The translations under genes were made by a program, and so were the position numbers. From the NCBI GenBank assembly GCA_038064835.1, contig JBBTSD010000010.1, positions 1 through 61,958 of the forward strand: a stretch of 61,958 nt of DNA. The letters are read 5' to 3'. This stretch comes from Patescibacteria group bacterium. Lineage in GTDB: Bacteria > Patescibacteriota > Minisyncoccia > Phycocordibacterales > UBA2100. How positions within the stretch are numbered: position 1 is the stretch's first letter; every line of letters starts with the position of its first letter. The notes under the pieces are model-generated. The model had not been told where the DNA came from. It did no database searches and saw only the letters and a list, made by a program, of their open reading frames with translations. Of this stretch, positions 54,315 through 61,958 are shown piece after piece.

Positions 54315-54710
54315 ATGTTAGGGAGTGAGCCAATACCAGCTAAACGATGGCAATTCGATGAATTTGATCGCGGCGCCAAGATGCCACCAGATTTGGACAA
54401 GGAGGTGAGGGGGTTGGATTATGAGGTCACCATGACCAGAGAGAAATTTGCCAACCGGGAAAGAGATAATGGCGGTGGGTTTGATTATGTCGAACATCTA
54501 AAGCATCATGGGGAGCTTATGCAACTGTGGAACAAAGTTCATCAGAGATTGAATGTACTCGGATACCCAATCACCATGCAGCATCTTGTTCCTGCATTCA
54601 ATTCAATTAATTTAGCAATAGTTCAACATGATCAAGCAATGGATTGGGTTAGAAAAGAGGAGGAACAAACTGGAAAAAGATGGGATGGGCATAAATTAGT
54701 TCAAAAATAA
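54315..54710 (+). CDS. hypothetical protein (AT-rich orphan)
   Basis: 131-aa ORF in a locally AT-rich stretch (by eye). No motif was recognised. Confidence 0.45.
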   Translation: MLGSEPIPAKRWQFDEFDRGAKMPPDLDKEVRGLDYEVTMTREKFANRERDNGGGFDYVEHLKHHGELMQLWNKVHQRLNVLGYPITMQHLVPAFNSINLAIVQHDQAMDWVRKEEEQTGKRWDGHKLVQK

Positions 54711-54865
54711 TTTGAATGATTTTCAGTAGAAAGCATTAAATATACCCAAAGATCACCCGCAGGTAAAACCTGGAGAGAGCGTCGTATGGTACCGTTTTTC
54801 TGTTTTCTTGGACCCGCTAGGCTGTCATGCGTGAGCTTCAAATCACTCGACCGCTCGGGTAAAAC

Positions 54866-55468
54866 TTATTCAGCACATGCCCCATCCCGACACCCAAGTG
54901 TCTTTCGCGACTTTGGATCGGGTTCCACAGCTGTTGCACCGTTGAGAAGTCCTCTAACCCGCTCCCTGAGCTGTTCGGAATTGAGAGGTCCGCGGTTGTG
55001 ATAAATGATTTTACCCATGGCATCGACAAATAATGTTTCGGGCATGACATACCCACCGATGGCCCGATACCACTCGTCGTTGTTGTCGTAGAGGTAGGTA
55101 ATCTCGCCCACTGCTCCTATCTTTTCAAGATACCGTATGGCGCTTTTGTGCGTCTCTGCGCGGTTAATTGCGATGACTTTAACATCTTCTCCAAACTCTT
55201 TTTGCAATGCAACTAAATCAGGAAGTTCTTTGGTGCAATATGGGCACCAGCTCGCCCACGCATTTATCACAGCAGGTTTATTCCCTAGCACATCCTGTAA
55301 AGAAACAGCTTGATTACCAGAGTCCATCAAACGCACATCGGGAATAAGTCGCGTTTCAGGTGTATTGCTTGCACCACCTAGCAAAAGCACCATGCATACA
55401 AGTAGCCCCAGAACAATCACCGGGGCCACTTGTACAAGTATTTTTTTGTACTGCCAGCCTGTCTTCAT
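54866..55468 (-). CDS. TlpA/ResA-like thiol-disulfide oxidoreductase (thioredoxin fold)
   Basis: N-terminal TM anchor. The CxxC motif is NAWASWCPYCTKELP. Confidence 0.85.
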   Translation of the reverse strand: MKTGWQYKKILVQVAPVIVLGLLVCMVLLLGGASNTPETRLIPDVRLMDSGNQAVSLQDVLGNKPAVINAWASWCPYCTKELPDLVALQKEFGEDVKVIAINRAETHKSAIRYLEKIGAVGEITYLYDNNDEWYRAIGGYVMPETLFVDAMGKIIYHNRGPLNSEQLRERVRGLLNGATAVEPDPKSRKTLGCRDGACAE

Positions 55469-55525
55469 ACACCCAGTATCGCACCCTGTAGAGCAGTTGG
55501 AAATGAGTAGTGTTCTCAGTGACCC

Positions 55526-56338
55526 TTACTGAATTTCGTAGGTAATAGTCACTCGCGAGCTGATTTTGTTTTCACCTACTGATAGTTCAGGCGCACCAGC
55601 TCCTCCACTGTCGGACATTGCCATCATTGCAACCTCGCGCTTCATGTAGGGCTGATACCCTCCACCATCTTCGTTGAATCCGACAATACGCACTAGCCGC
55701 ACGCCCAACTGTTGTGCAAGTACTCCCGCTTTTTCCTCTGCATCGTCGATTGCTTGTGCGCGCGCTTCTGCCTGAAGCTCATCCTCTTCGTCGATGGTGA
55801 ATGAAAGGCCGCTCACGCTATTCGCTCCCAACTTTCCTGCTTGCGCTAGAATGTCGCCCGCTTTGTCAGTGTCGCGTACACGCACTTCGATCGTTTCTGA
55901 AACCTGGAAGCCCGTCATTTCTTGTTTGCCTCCTGGACACGGTGCTTTGATACACCGAATTTCAACCCACTCATACTTTGGCTGCACATTATAAGACGAT
56001 GTCTTGATATCCCGGTCTGCAACACCAGCACCTTTTAGATACGCCTTTATGTCGTTTGCTTTTTTAGTAGCGACCGCCTGTGCATCTTTTACTTCCTTTG
56101 CTTCTTCAAGCACTGTAATCGAGAATGACGCAAGATCAGGAACGGCAAACACTTCCCCCTCACCTGATACTGTTATCACATTGGTCGCAGTGGTTCCTGA
56201 CCCAACAAAACGAAACTCTTTGAATGTCTTGAACGAGCTTGCGAGCCCCCAAAGCGCAAGCATGAGAAGCGCGGCTGTGGCGGCCTTAAGAATAATTGCG
56301 GGCGGTACGATATGCAGTTCGCGTTTTTGTATATCCAT
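55526..56338 (-). CDS. SIMPL/DUF541 family periplasmic protein
   Basis: ITVSGEGEVFAVPDLASFSITV...AQAVATKKANDIKAYLKGAGVADRDIKTSSYNVQP. Confidence 0.75.
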   Translation of the reverse strand: MDIQKRELHIVPPAIILKAATAALLMLALWGLASSFKTFKEFRFVGSGTTATNVITVSGEGEVFAVPDLASFSITVLEEAKEVKDAQAVATKKANDIKAYLKGAGVADRDIKTSSYNVQPKYEWVEIRCIKAPCPGGKQEMTGFQVSETIEVRVRDTDKAGDILAQAGKLGANSVSGLSFTIDEEDELQAEARAQAIDDAEEKAGVLAQQLGVRLVRIVGFNEDGGGYQPYMKREVAMMAMSDSGGAGAPELSVGENKISSRVTITYEIQ

Positions 56339-56557
56339 ATACTCTCTAGACGAGACTCATTAATAATTATTACATACAGCATAACCAACACTTCGCCATT
56401 CACAACCCCCTGAGTGCGTACACTACAACAAAGAATCCAAGGCCACATGTGTTTTCCAGAAAGATAGTGACCAAAAGCCCTCTTGGTCCTTTCTTGTTCC
56501 TTTCCTTGACCAGACTCTCACAATGTTGCAGTATGCAATTCAGAAAGGAGTTGCTCG

Positions 56558-57196
56558 ATGGCACAACACTTGTCTATCGAGGAGATATTTTTGACACTCC
56601 TCCGCTCACTGAAACGAGCGCGCAGTCCTGTTGAGGAAACTCGGCTCCGCGCACTCTACAAAGAACAGCGCTACACCGAGATGGTTGGAGTCGTTCGCGA
56701 AGCGCTGAACATTCCCATCGGTCTTCGTGTCGGATATGTAAATTCTGGTGGCGACGAGAGGAATCCCGCTTGGATCATCTTACCCAACCCGATGCCTATT
56801 TTTGGAGGTTCGGAATTCAAAAGACTCGAGGTAACGATGTTTATTCGTCGCTCGTTTATTGCGATGGCGCCGTTCGAAACTATCGTTATTGCGATGGCGC
56901 ACGAGCTTTGTCATATCATTTTGAGTGGTACCCGACACCCTCTGTGCCACGAAGAACGAGCTGTGGACATAACAGCAATGCTCTTAGGTTTTGCAGAGCT
57001 CTACGAGCAAGGCACCACCTTTATCGTGCGAAGACCCACCACCCCAGTGGTACGACCAACAGTCAAAAATCTCGGTGAGAAGTTGCGTGAGATTATAGAT
57101 GCTGCGCGCGGCAAGCGCGGTCATGTGGGATACTTACAACCAGATGAGGTGCGGAAAATGGCACAGGCGGTCCGCATTGCAAGAGCCACCCCTTAG
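56558..57196 (+). CDS. putative zinc metalloprotease (HExxH)
   Basis: IAMAHELCHIILSG carries the HExxH motif. An AAAGGAG RBS lies upstream. Confidence 0.55.
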   Translation: MAQHLSIEEIFLTLLRSLKRARSPVEETRLRALYKEQRYTEMVGVVREALNIPIGLRVGYVNSGGDERNPAWIILPNPMPIFGGSEFKRLEVTMFIRRSFIAMAPFETIVIAMAHELCHIILSGTRHPLCHEERAVDITAMLLGFAELYEQGTTFIVRRPTTPVVRPTVKNLGEKLREIIDAARGKRGHVGYLQPDEVRKMAQAVRIARATP

Positions 57197-57209
57197 GGTG
57201 GCTCTTTTT
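57182..57209 (+). terminator. terminator overlapping the stop of CDS 56558..57196
   Basis: AGAGCCACCCCTTAGGGTGGCTCTTTTT. The TAG stop lies in the loop. Confidence 0.8.
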
Positions 57210-57455
57210 GTCTATCTTACAGAAATAACCTACCTAAATCACAAAACCTCGATATAGGAGATAGAGACCTACAGCGAGAAATACAATCGTGATGGCGTAA
57301 TCGAGCGCTTTTTTTGCCACGGCCTGAAGTGCAATCATCCTCTCATTCTACAATTTTCTCTACTTTCATGCCACACCATTTCCTCCGCGCCGTGGATAAC
57401 CGTTTGGCCCGCGATACTGCTCGCGCAACAGGCCACAATTTGGTATAACAACTTT

Positions 57456-57617
57456 GGACCTCTTCCGAAAGGTCTGATTCACATCCTGGCGTTCTTTTCT
57501 GCCCAGAACTTTGGTTTCGACATCATCATATCCTCCAGATATGATTCAGTCTCCAACCATTCGTCCTGGACAGAAAATATCCGCCACGCATGCGAAAGCA
57601 CCTTTCGGAAGAGGTCC
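57456..57617. repeat. 162-bp imperfect palindrome bounded by an 18-bp perfect inverted repeat
   Basis: GGACCTCTTCCGAAAGGT (57456-57473) is the exact reverse complement of ACCTTTCGGAAGAGGTCC (57600-57617). The interior is partly self-complementary (TGGCGTTCTTTTCTGCCCAGAAC against GTCCTGGACAGAAAATATCCGCCA). It ends 16 nt before tRNA-His. Confidence 0.6.
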
Positions 57618-57633
57618 TTGCCGTGAGGCATAT

Positions 57634-57709
57634 GGTGGTCGTAGCTCAATGGTAGAGCACTCGGTTGTGGTCCGAGTGGTTGTGGGTTCGAGTCCCATCG
57701 ATCACCCCA
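57634..57709 (+). tRNA. tRNA-His (GTG) with genome-encoded G-1 and CCA
   Basis: The cloverleaf was folded by hand. Acceptor: GTGGTCG/CGATCAC. D stem: GCTC/GAGC. Anticodon stem: CTCGG/CCGAG, loop TTGTGGT. T stem: GTGGG/CCCAT, loop TTCGAGT. The extra 5' G lies opposite C73, and CCA is encoded. Confidence 0.92.
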
Positions 57710-57874
57710 GTGAAGCGCAGCGAAACGCAGGGTGATCGAGCACAGTGCCTGCGCACTGTGCGTATGGGACTCGAAGCCCGGAGCCATGTTTTTGTTTTCC
57801 GCAGCGAAGCGAAGGAAAAGCAAAAACGGCGAGGGCCGGCTCGAGGAATTTTCCGTCAGGAAAATTACCGAGAG

Positions 57875-57892
57875 GAGTCCCATCGATCACCC
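57875..57892 (+). repeat. direct copy of the tRNA-His 3' end (18 nt)
   Basis: GAGTCCCATCGATCACCC is identical to 57690-57707 (3' side of the T-loop through C73 and the first C of CCA). Confidence 0.9.
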
Positions 57893-58069
57893 ACGCACAG
57901 TTGACCCCGATGCGATAGCATCGGGGTTTTACTGTGCGTTGTGAGCGTGGGACGAGAAAGGCGGAGGCGCAGGGTCCCACGAAGCGAAGCGGAGTGGGAA
58001 CGCCGAGCCAGGGTCGTGAGCGCATGTTTTCAACGACCAGAGGGAGTATGAAAACAGCGACTCCTGACC

Positions 58070-58087
58070 GAGTCCCATCGATCACCC
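58070..58087 (+). repeat. second direct copy of the tRNA-His 3' end (18-19 nt)
   Basis: (C)GAGTCCCATCGATCACCC is identical to 57689-57707. It abuts the stop codon of CDS 58089..58484. Confidence 0.9.
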
Positions 58088-58088
58088 T

Positions 58089-58484
58089 CTATGACAACGG
58101 CATTGGGGCCACTCCATCCCCTTTGGACAAAAATCCTGCCCACAACGCAACTGCACTAATCGCTACATGCAGTATGTTATCGGCCATGTTCACCACAAAA
58201 AGCCCAGCAGCGCTCCCCATGACAAAGCCAGATATTGTAACCAATAGGTATACAACTCCGAATACTTGGAAATACATACGTGCATATGTAGGGGCCATCC
58301 CTGCAACAAGAAGTGCCACCACGCCAGACAGCAGGTGCACCATGTTATGTAGTGAATCGACTTCGAAAATACCGAGTAAATATCCTCCACTGGTCGCACC
58401 TGGCACAAAACCCAAAACTCCCACCGCCACAAAAATCGCGCCGAAAGCCCATGTTAATTGCTGAACCATATATAGTAGTAACAC
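58089..58484 (-). CDS. DUF4383-like small membrane protein
   Basis: 131 aa with 4 TM helices. GFVPG...LLGIFEVDSLHNMVHLLSGVVAL is typical of the family. Confidence 0.65.
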   Translation of the reverse strand: MLLLYMVQQLTWAFGAIFVAVGVLGFVPGATSGGYLLGIFEVDSLHNMVHLLSGVVALLVAGMAPTYARMYFQVFGVVYLLVTISGFVMGSAAGLFVVNMADNILHVAISAVALWAGFLSKGDGVAPMPLS

Positions 58485-58586
58485 TTAATAGTAAGGACTG
58501 AGCTTCCCTGCCCTACATGGACACGGGCAAAGCCCCCTTACAGCATCCTCTCCCCCCACGAAACAGCAAGAGGCCTCTGTGCACAT

Positions 58587-59141
58587 CTAGCCGCGATACA
58601 TCGGCGGCTCTTCGGTTTTCCCCGCACGGTGATTTGCAAGTCGCGCGAGCGCATACAAGAGCGACGACAGACGATTTAAATAGGCGCGCGTATATTCGCC
58701 CAAAACACGCCCATCTTCGTGAGCGGCAGTGGCTCGGCGTTCGGCTCGGCGCGAAATAGTACGCGCCACATCAAAGAGAGCTCCGAGGCGTGTCGCCCCT
58801 GGGACAAAAAAGCTTTTAATGGGTGGTAGCTCCTGTTCGACCGCATGAATCAACACTTCCATTTTTTTGACACTTTCTTCAGGGATTGTTTTGGGTGAGC
58901 CAGCGAGTTCTGCTTGGGCAGTGAAAAGATGATCCTGGACCTCACGGAGTATTTCTGCCGCGCTTCGCCCTTCAAGGACAAGCGCCCGCGCCTCTTCTTC
59001 TGAGCGACAAAGGCCAAGGAAGGAATTGCACTCGTCGAGTGTGCCGAGTGCTTCCGATGCGACCGAACTTTTCGACATGCGTTGCTTACACCCAAAAGTG
59101 GTGGTTGTACCGTCGTCTCCTTTCCCAGTAAAGAGCACCAT
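58587..59141 (-). CDS. PduO-type ATP:cob(I)alamin adenosyltransferase family protein
   Basis: The N-terminus FTGKGDDGTTTTFG...RMSKSSVASEALGTLDECNSFLGL matches the y.TrtGD.G.T.l..g.r..K...r.ea.G..DEln pattern. Confidence 0.75.
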   Translation of the reverse strand: MVLFTGKGDDGTTTTFGCKQRMSKSSVASEALGTLDECNSFLGLCRSEEEARALVLEGRSAAEILREVQDHLFTAQAELAGSPKTIPEESVKKMEVLIHAVEQELPPIKSFFVPGATRLGALFDVARTISRRAERRATAAHEDGRVLGEYTRAYLNRLSSLLYALARLANHRAGKTEEPPMYRG

Positions 59142-59236
59142 ATCCGATTATTGTAGAGAAAGGTGAGATGAACGCAAGATGAACGCGAAGTTGCAAAGAA
59201 AACACCATCATGTTTCACTCGCTGTAGATACAGGAG

Positions 59237-59896
59237 GTGCAGATGCACACACCCGCGCATATCGGACACTTTTCCGGATGCGAAAATCACGCCGGCTGTT
59301 GGTGCGAAACGCGCCGGTATTTACTGGTTTTTCTTATATCAGTCGGCATCCTAGGTGTTGAAACCGGCGGCTGGTGGCTTTCGGACAGCTTGGCTCTCCT
59401 TGGAGATGCCGGCCATGTCGCGGTAGATATGTGCGCTATGGGAGTTGCTCTCGTAGTAAGTATATTTGTCCGCGTACACCCAGACCGAAATGTGGCTAAA
59501 GTGCGCATGGGTGGGTTTGCTCTTCAAATCATACTTTTGTCACTGGTCGCTGGATTTTTGTTTGTCCATGGGTACGAGCGTGTGGTAGCGCCTGTATCTA
59601 TCGTACCGATACCGCTCTTGGTGAGCGCGGTTGTTGGGGGATGCTTGAATATCCTGCAGGTCTGGATACTAGAGACTGGTGAAAAAAATATCACATCACA
59701 CGGGGCCCGGGCACATCTATTCGCCGATTTGCTCACTAGTGTTGGTGTGGTTGCAAGCGGTGTCGTGATTATGCTCACTGGTTGGCACCATATCGACGGA
59801 ATCGTTTCAATCGGCATCGCATGTTTTATCGTCTGGCAAGTGTATGCGCTTACCCGTCACGCAAAAAATCATTCGCACCATCATGACCATATTTGA
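59237..59896 (+). CDS. cation diffusion facilitator (CzcD-like) transporter, TM domain only
   Basis: Six TM helices. The metal-site motif is LALLGDAGHVAVDM, with HLFADLLTSVG also present and a His-rich C-terminus KNHSHHHDHI. Confidence 0.75.
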   Translation: MQMHTPAHIGHFSGCENHAGCWCETRRYLLVFLISVGILGVETGGWWLSDSLALLGDAGHVAVDMCAMGVALVVSIFVRVHPDRNVAKVRMGGFALQIILLSLVAGFLFVHGYERVVAPVSIVPIPLLVSAVVGGCLNILQVWILETGEKNITSHGARAHLFADLLTSVGVVASGVVIMLTGWHHIDGIVSIGIACFIVWQVYALTRHAKNHSHHHDHI

Positions 59897-59918
59897 AACC
59901 CGCTTATGCGGGTTTTTT
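59897..59918. terminator. terminator between convergent genes
   Basis: AAACCCGCTTATGCGGGTTTTTT. Confidence 0.8.
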
Positions 59919-59919
59919 C

Positions 59920-60282
59920 TCATCCAAAAAAGACAAGTTTCAAGTCCTTCAAAATATTGTCTGCCATCTCTCGTGTACTTAATTTTCCCGAGTGAAGAAC
60001 GGCGGTGTTTGAGTAGTCATTTTCCTCATGGATTTTATACAGCTCGTCCAAGGTCTCTTTTGGAATAAGGGGCTTATTCAATTCAGCATGTCGCTTTGCT
60101 GCACGCTCATCCGTAATAGAGCGAGAGGCTTCAAGACGATATACGAAGAAGTCGGCATTATGCGTTTCCGCTATTTTTTGGAGAGCTTCTACTTCTGCTC
60201 TACTCATTCCCTGCTCAATAATCACATTGATTCCGTTACCCAAATACTCGTGGGCCATCGCATTAACTACTTTTCTACTCAC
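59920..60282 (-). pseudogene. C-terminal fragment of a P-loop (AAA_33-like) kinase lacking its Walker A region
   Basis: INVIIEQGMSRAEVEALQKIAETHNADFFVYRLEASRSITDERAAKRH resembles the central and C-terminal part of small P-loop kinases. No GxxGxGKS/T is present. The frame stays open upstream (SVDHIKRFISEF...) as far as an in-frame TAA at 60337-60339. That TAA ends an unrelated 36-aa ORF (60337-60447, MTTKEEILNEIKRTAKENEGKPLGLSRFQKETRD). Confidence 0.35.
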
Positions 60283-60464
60283 CTCTTGATGAGACCCGAC
60301 TGTCCTAAATTCTGATATAAAACGCTTGATGTGATCTACGGATTAATCCCTCGTTTCTTTTTGAAATCTAGACAAACCTAAAGGCTTACCCTCGTTTTCT
60401 TTTGCGGTTCGTTTTATTTCATTTAAGATTTCTTCTTTGGTAGTCATAGGATTATGCTTGCAGG

Positions 60465-61568
60465 CTAGACTCTTAATATTTTTAGAAGCTCCGAGAATAT
60501 GTAGACACTTTCTCTACCCTGCCCATCATATTCCTTTAATACACCTGCTTCTACAAATTTAGCTATCAGATTATAGGTCGTTCCCTTACTGCTTGCTTTA
60601 ATAGCTTCTCGTACATTTGCAGCCGTTATAATCGGGCTTTTAAAGATAGCGTCTAAAACAGCTATTGCGTGCTGTGATCTTATTTTCCCCACAACATCCT
60701 CTTTCAAGCGCTCGTAGAGTGCCTGTATTTCTTTTGCCATGACAGTTGTTCGTTTTGCTTGAAACTCAACAGCGATAAGAAAGAATTTAAGCCACGGTAT
60801 CCATTCTTGGTCTGTATCTACGGCATGCAAAAGACGCTGATACTCCACCTTGTGTTCTTCAAGGTGATGGCTGATAAACAACACGGGCGTTTGCAAGACT
60901 CTCTCTTGGCACAAGAACAAGGGTATGACGAGGCGTCCAATTCTTCCATTGCCGTCCATGAATGGGTGAATCGCCTCAAATTGATAGTGCGCAACTCCTA
61001 TCCTGACCAATACATCAGTTTCAGCATCTGAGTTTAGATATTTCTCCCAATTACTCATCAGACCAGAAATATCTGTATGCACAGGCGGTATATAATCACC
61101 CACCCTCACTTGCTCTTTTCTAAAGTTTCCACGATCTTTATTTGCTCCTCTCACCGAATCAAGAAGAACACTGTGGGTAGCTTTGAGAAGAGTTTCGGCG
61201 ATAGGACGCTCTTTTAATTTTTTTAAAGCAACACTCATTGCCTGTTCGTAATTCATAACCTCTTTGATGTCTTGAACCTTCCGACTCATCTCTTCTTTTT
61301 CGGGGTTAGCTTTTGATTCATCCAAGGCTTCATATTTGAGAACCTCTTCAAGAGTTGCTCGTGTACCTTCTATGGCTGAACTAGCGACAGCCTCCCTTTT
61401 TCTAAAGGGAGCAATCAAAAGATCGGGATTTGGTATTGCGTCTAAAAATCCTCTTAACTCACCGACCGCCGCGTGAGCGGCAGTAAGCTCTCTCATTAGA
61501 GGTTCATATGAGAGTTTGGGCGGGAGTTCTTTTACCTTTGTTGGTTTTATTTCTTTTGATTCCGACAT
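60465..61568 (-). CDS. Fic family protein (AMPylase/adenylyltransferase-type)
   Basis: The Fic motif is HPFMDGNGRIGRL. A C-terminal wHTH-like segment is present. The gene looks AT-richer than its neighbours by eye. Confidence 0.88.
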   Translation of the reverse strand: MSESKEIKPTKVKELPPKLSYEPLMRELTAAHAAVGELRGFLDAIPNPDLLIAPFRKREAVASSAIEGTRATLEEVLKYEALDESKANPEKEEMSRKVQDIKEVMNYEQAMSVALKKLKERPIAETLLKATHSVLLDSVRGANKDRGNFRKEQVRVGDYIPPVHTDISGLMSNWEKYLNSDAETDVLVRIGVAHYQFEAIHPFMDGNGRIGRLVIPLFLCQERVLQTPVLFISHHLEEHKVEYQRLLHAVDTDQEWIPWLKFFLIAVEFQAKRTTVMAKEIQALYERLKEDVVGKIRSQHAIAVLDAIFKSPIITAANVREAIKASSKGTTYNLIAKFVEAGVLKEYDGQGRESVYIFSELLKILRV

Positions 61569-61598
61569 AATCGTTTGTATTGGACTTACCCCTAGAGG

Positions 61599-61628
61599 TA
61601 GTTCAATATTAGCCTAAATATTGAACTA
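61599..61628. promoter_or_regulatory. candidate operator: 12-bp perfect inverted repeat upstream of fic
   Basis: TAGTTCAATATT (61599-61610), a 6-nt spacer, then AATATTGAACTA (61617-61628). The site lies 31-60 nt upstream of the Fic start. A third half-site, GGTTCAATATG, is at 61641-61651. Confidence 0.3.
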
Positions 61629-61958
61629 GCGCAAGTCCTCGGTTCAATATGTGCATAAAGGCTATTTTAGGGCCTTGTGCCTCTATCAGGCAGGATTATT
61701 CACAATGCTCATTACATTCATTCCTAAACGTATTTAGACGCATTCTATGTGATTCGGTTGGAACCGATCAATTCTCTTTACAGGTCAATACTTTTTCGCA
61801 AAATGCGTTAGTTTTCGTATCCCGAGGACAGGACGCGGTTGGAACCGCCGACAACGCCGACAAGGTCGGATAAAAACGGGAAAACTAGAAAAATTTCTTA
61901 CTCTGTGCGCAGGAGAGGACTTGGTCACAGATAATTTTGTACCCAAAATTTCCGCGAC

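Noticed and set aside
57230-57336. 34-aa minus-strand ORF (MIALQAVAKKALDYAITIVFLAVGLYLLYRGFVI)
   Set aside because: It is a plausible single-TM micro-protein, but there is no RBS, no known homologue and it is very short. The evidence is insufficient.
57479-58085. ORFs 57479..57883 and 57702..58085 (minus strand) and small plus-strand ORFs across the tRNA-His region
   Set aside because: They run through the tRNA gene and the repeat units and have no protein-like features.
57690-58087. Possibility that the three 18-nt repeats are a mini-CRISPR array
   Set aside because: There are only three copies. The repeat is the tRNA 3' end itself. The ~170-nt 'spacers' are homologous to each other and far longer than CRISPR spacers. 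No cas genes are present.
60337-60339. In-frame TAA between the 36-aa ORF and the kinase fragment, considered as evidence for stop-codon reassignment
   Set aside because: TAA, TAG and TGA all terminate well-conserved genes in this window (recA TAA, the 56558..57196 gene TAG, the kinase TGA). The two halves also belong to unrelated protein families.

Overview
Gene-dense bacterial chromosome segment of about 65 genes, mostly on the minus strand. It uses the standard genetic code: TAA, TAG and TGA all end well-conserved genes.

Housekeeping content:
- The 5' ~1.2 kb of a 23S rRNA at the window start, with no 16S or tRNA upstream of it.
- rplJ-rplL, rpsF-ssb-rpsR, and secE-nusG-rplK. No rplA follows rplK.
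- recA, ftsK, efp, recO and tRNA-His.
- Four aminoacyl-tRNA synthetases: metG, glyQS, ileS, argS.

The isolated 23S, the missing rplA, several giant secreted or surface proteins and the absence of biosynthetic operons suggest a reduced Patescibacteria/CPR (Parcubacteria-like) genome. That is inference only.

Main observations:
1. IleRS carries a complete histidine-phosphatase (PGAM-like) domain inserted in-frame in its catalytic body.
2. A translationally coupled PP2C phosphatase / Ser-Thr kinase / vWA operon sits between argS and ileS. It has the architecture of a TerY-P triad.
3. A 6.5-kb deoxypyrimidine cluster contains tmk, an NT5C-like HAD, a ParB/Srx-fold protein, wHTH-Nudix, a ThyA homologue, HIT, an N-terminally extended dCMP deaminase, a cytidylyltransferase-family protein and folA. 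The ThyA homologue has Asp at the position of E. coli Asn177, the residue that sets dUMP versus dCMP specificity. The cluster therefore resembles a phage T4-type modified-dCMP precursor module.
4. Two copies of a ~157-bp palindromic MITE-like element share termini (TACCATCTCCAAYTAAC) and have 3-bp TAA/TTA direct flanks that coincide with stop codons.
5. The 3' 18 nt of tRNA-His is repeated three times in tandem ~190-bp units, and a third ~160-bp palindromic element lies nearby.

Smaller items: a decayed Type III Mod-like methyltransferase remnant, a HicB-HicA pair, a Fic islet and a Cys-rich tandem-repeat micro-protein.

No CRISPR array was seen. All functional calls come from motif recognition by eye; no database search was run.
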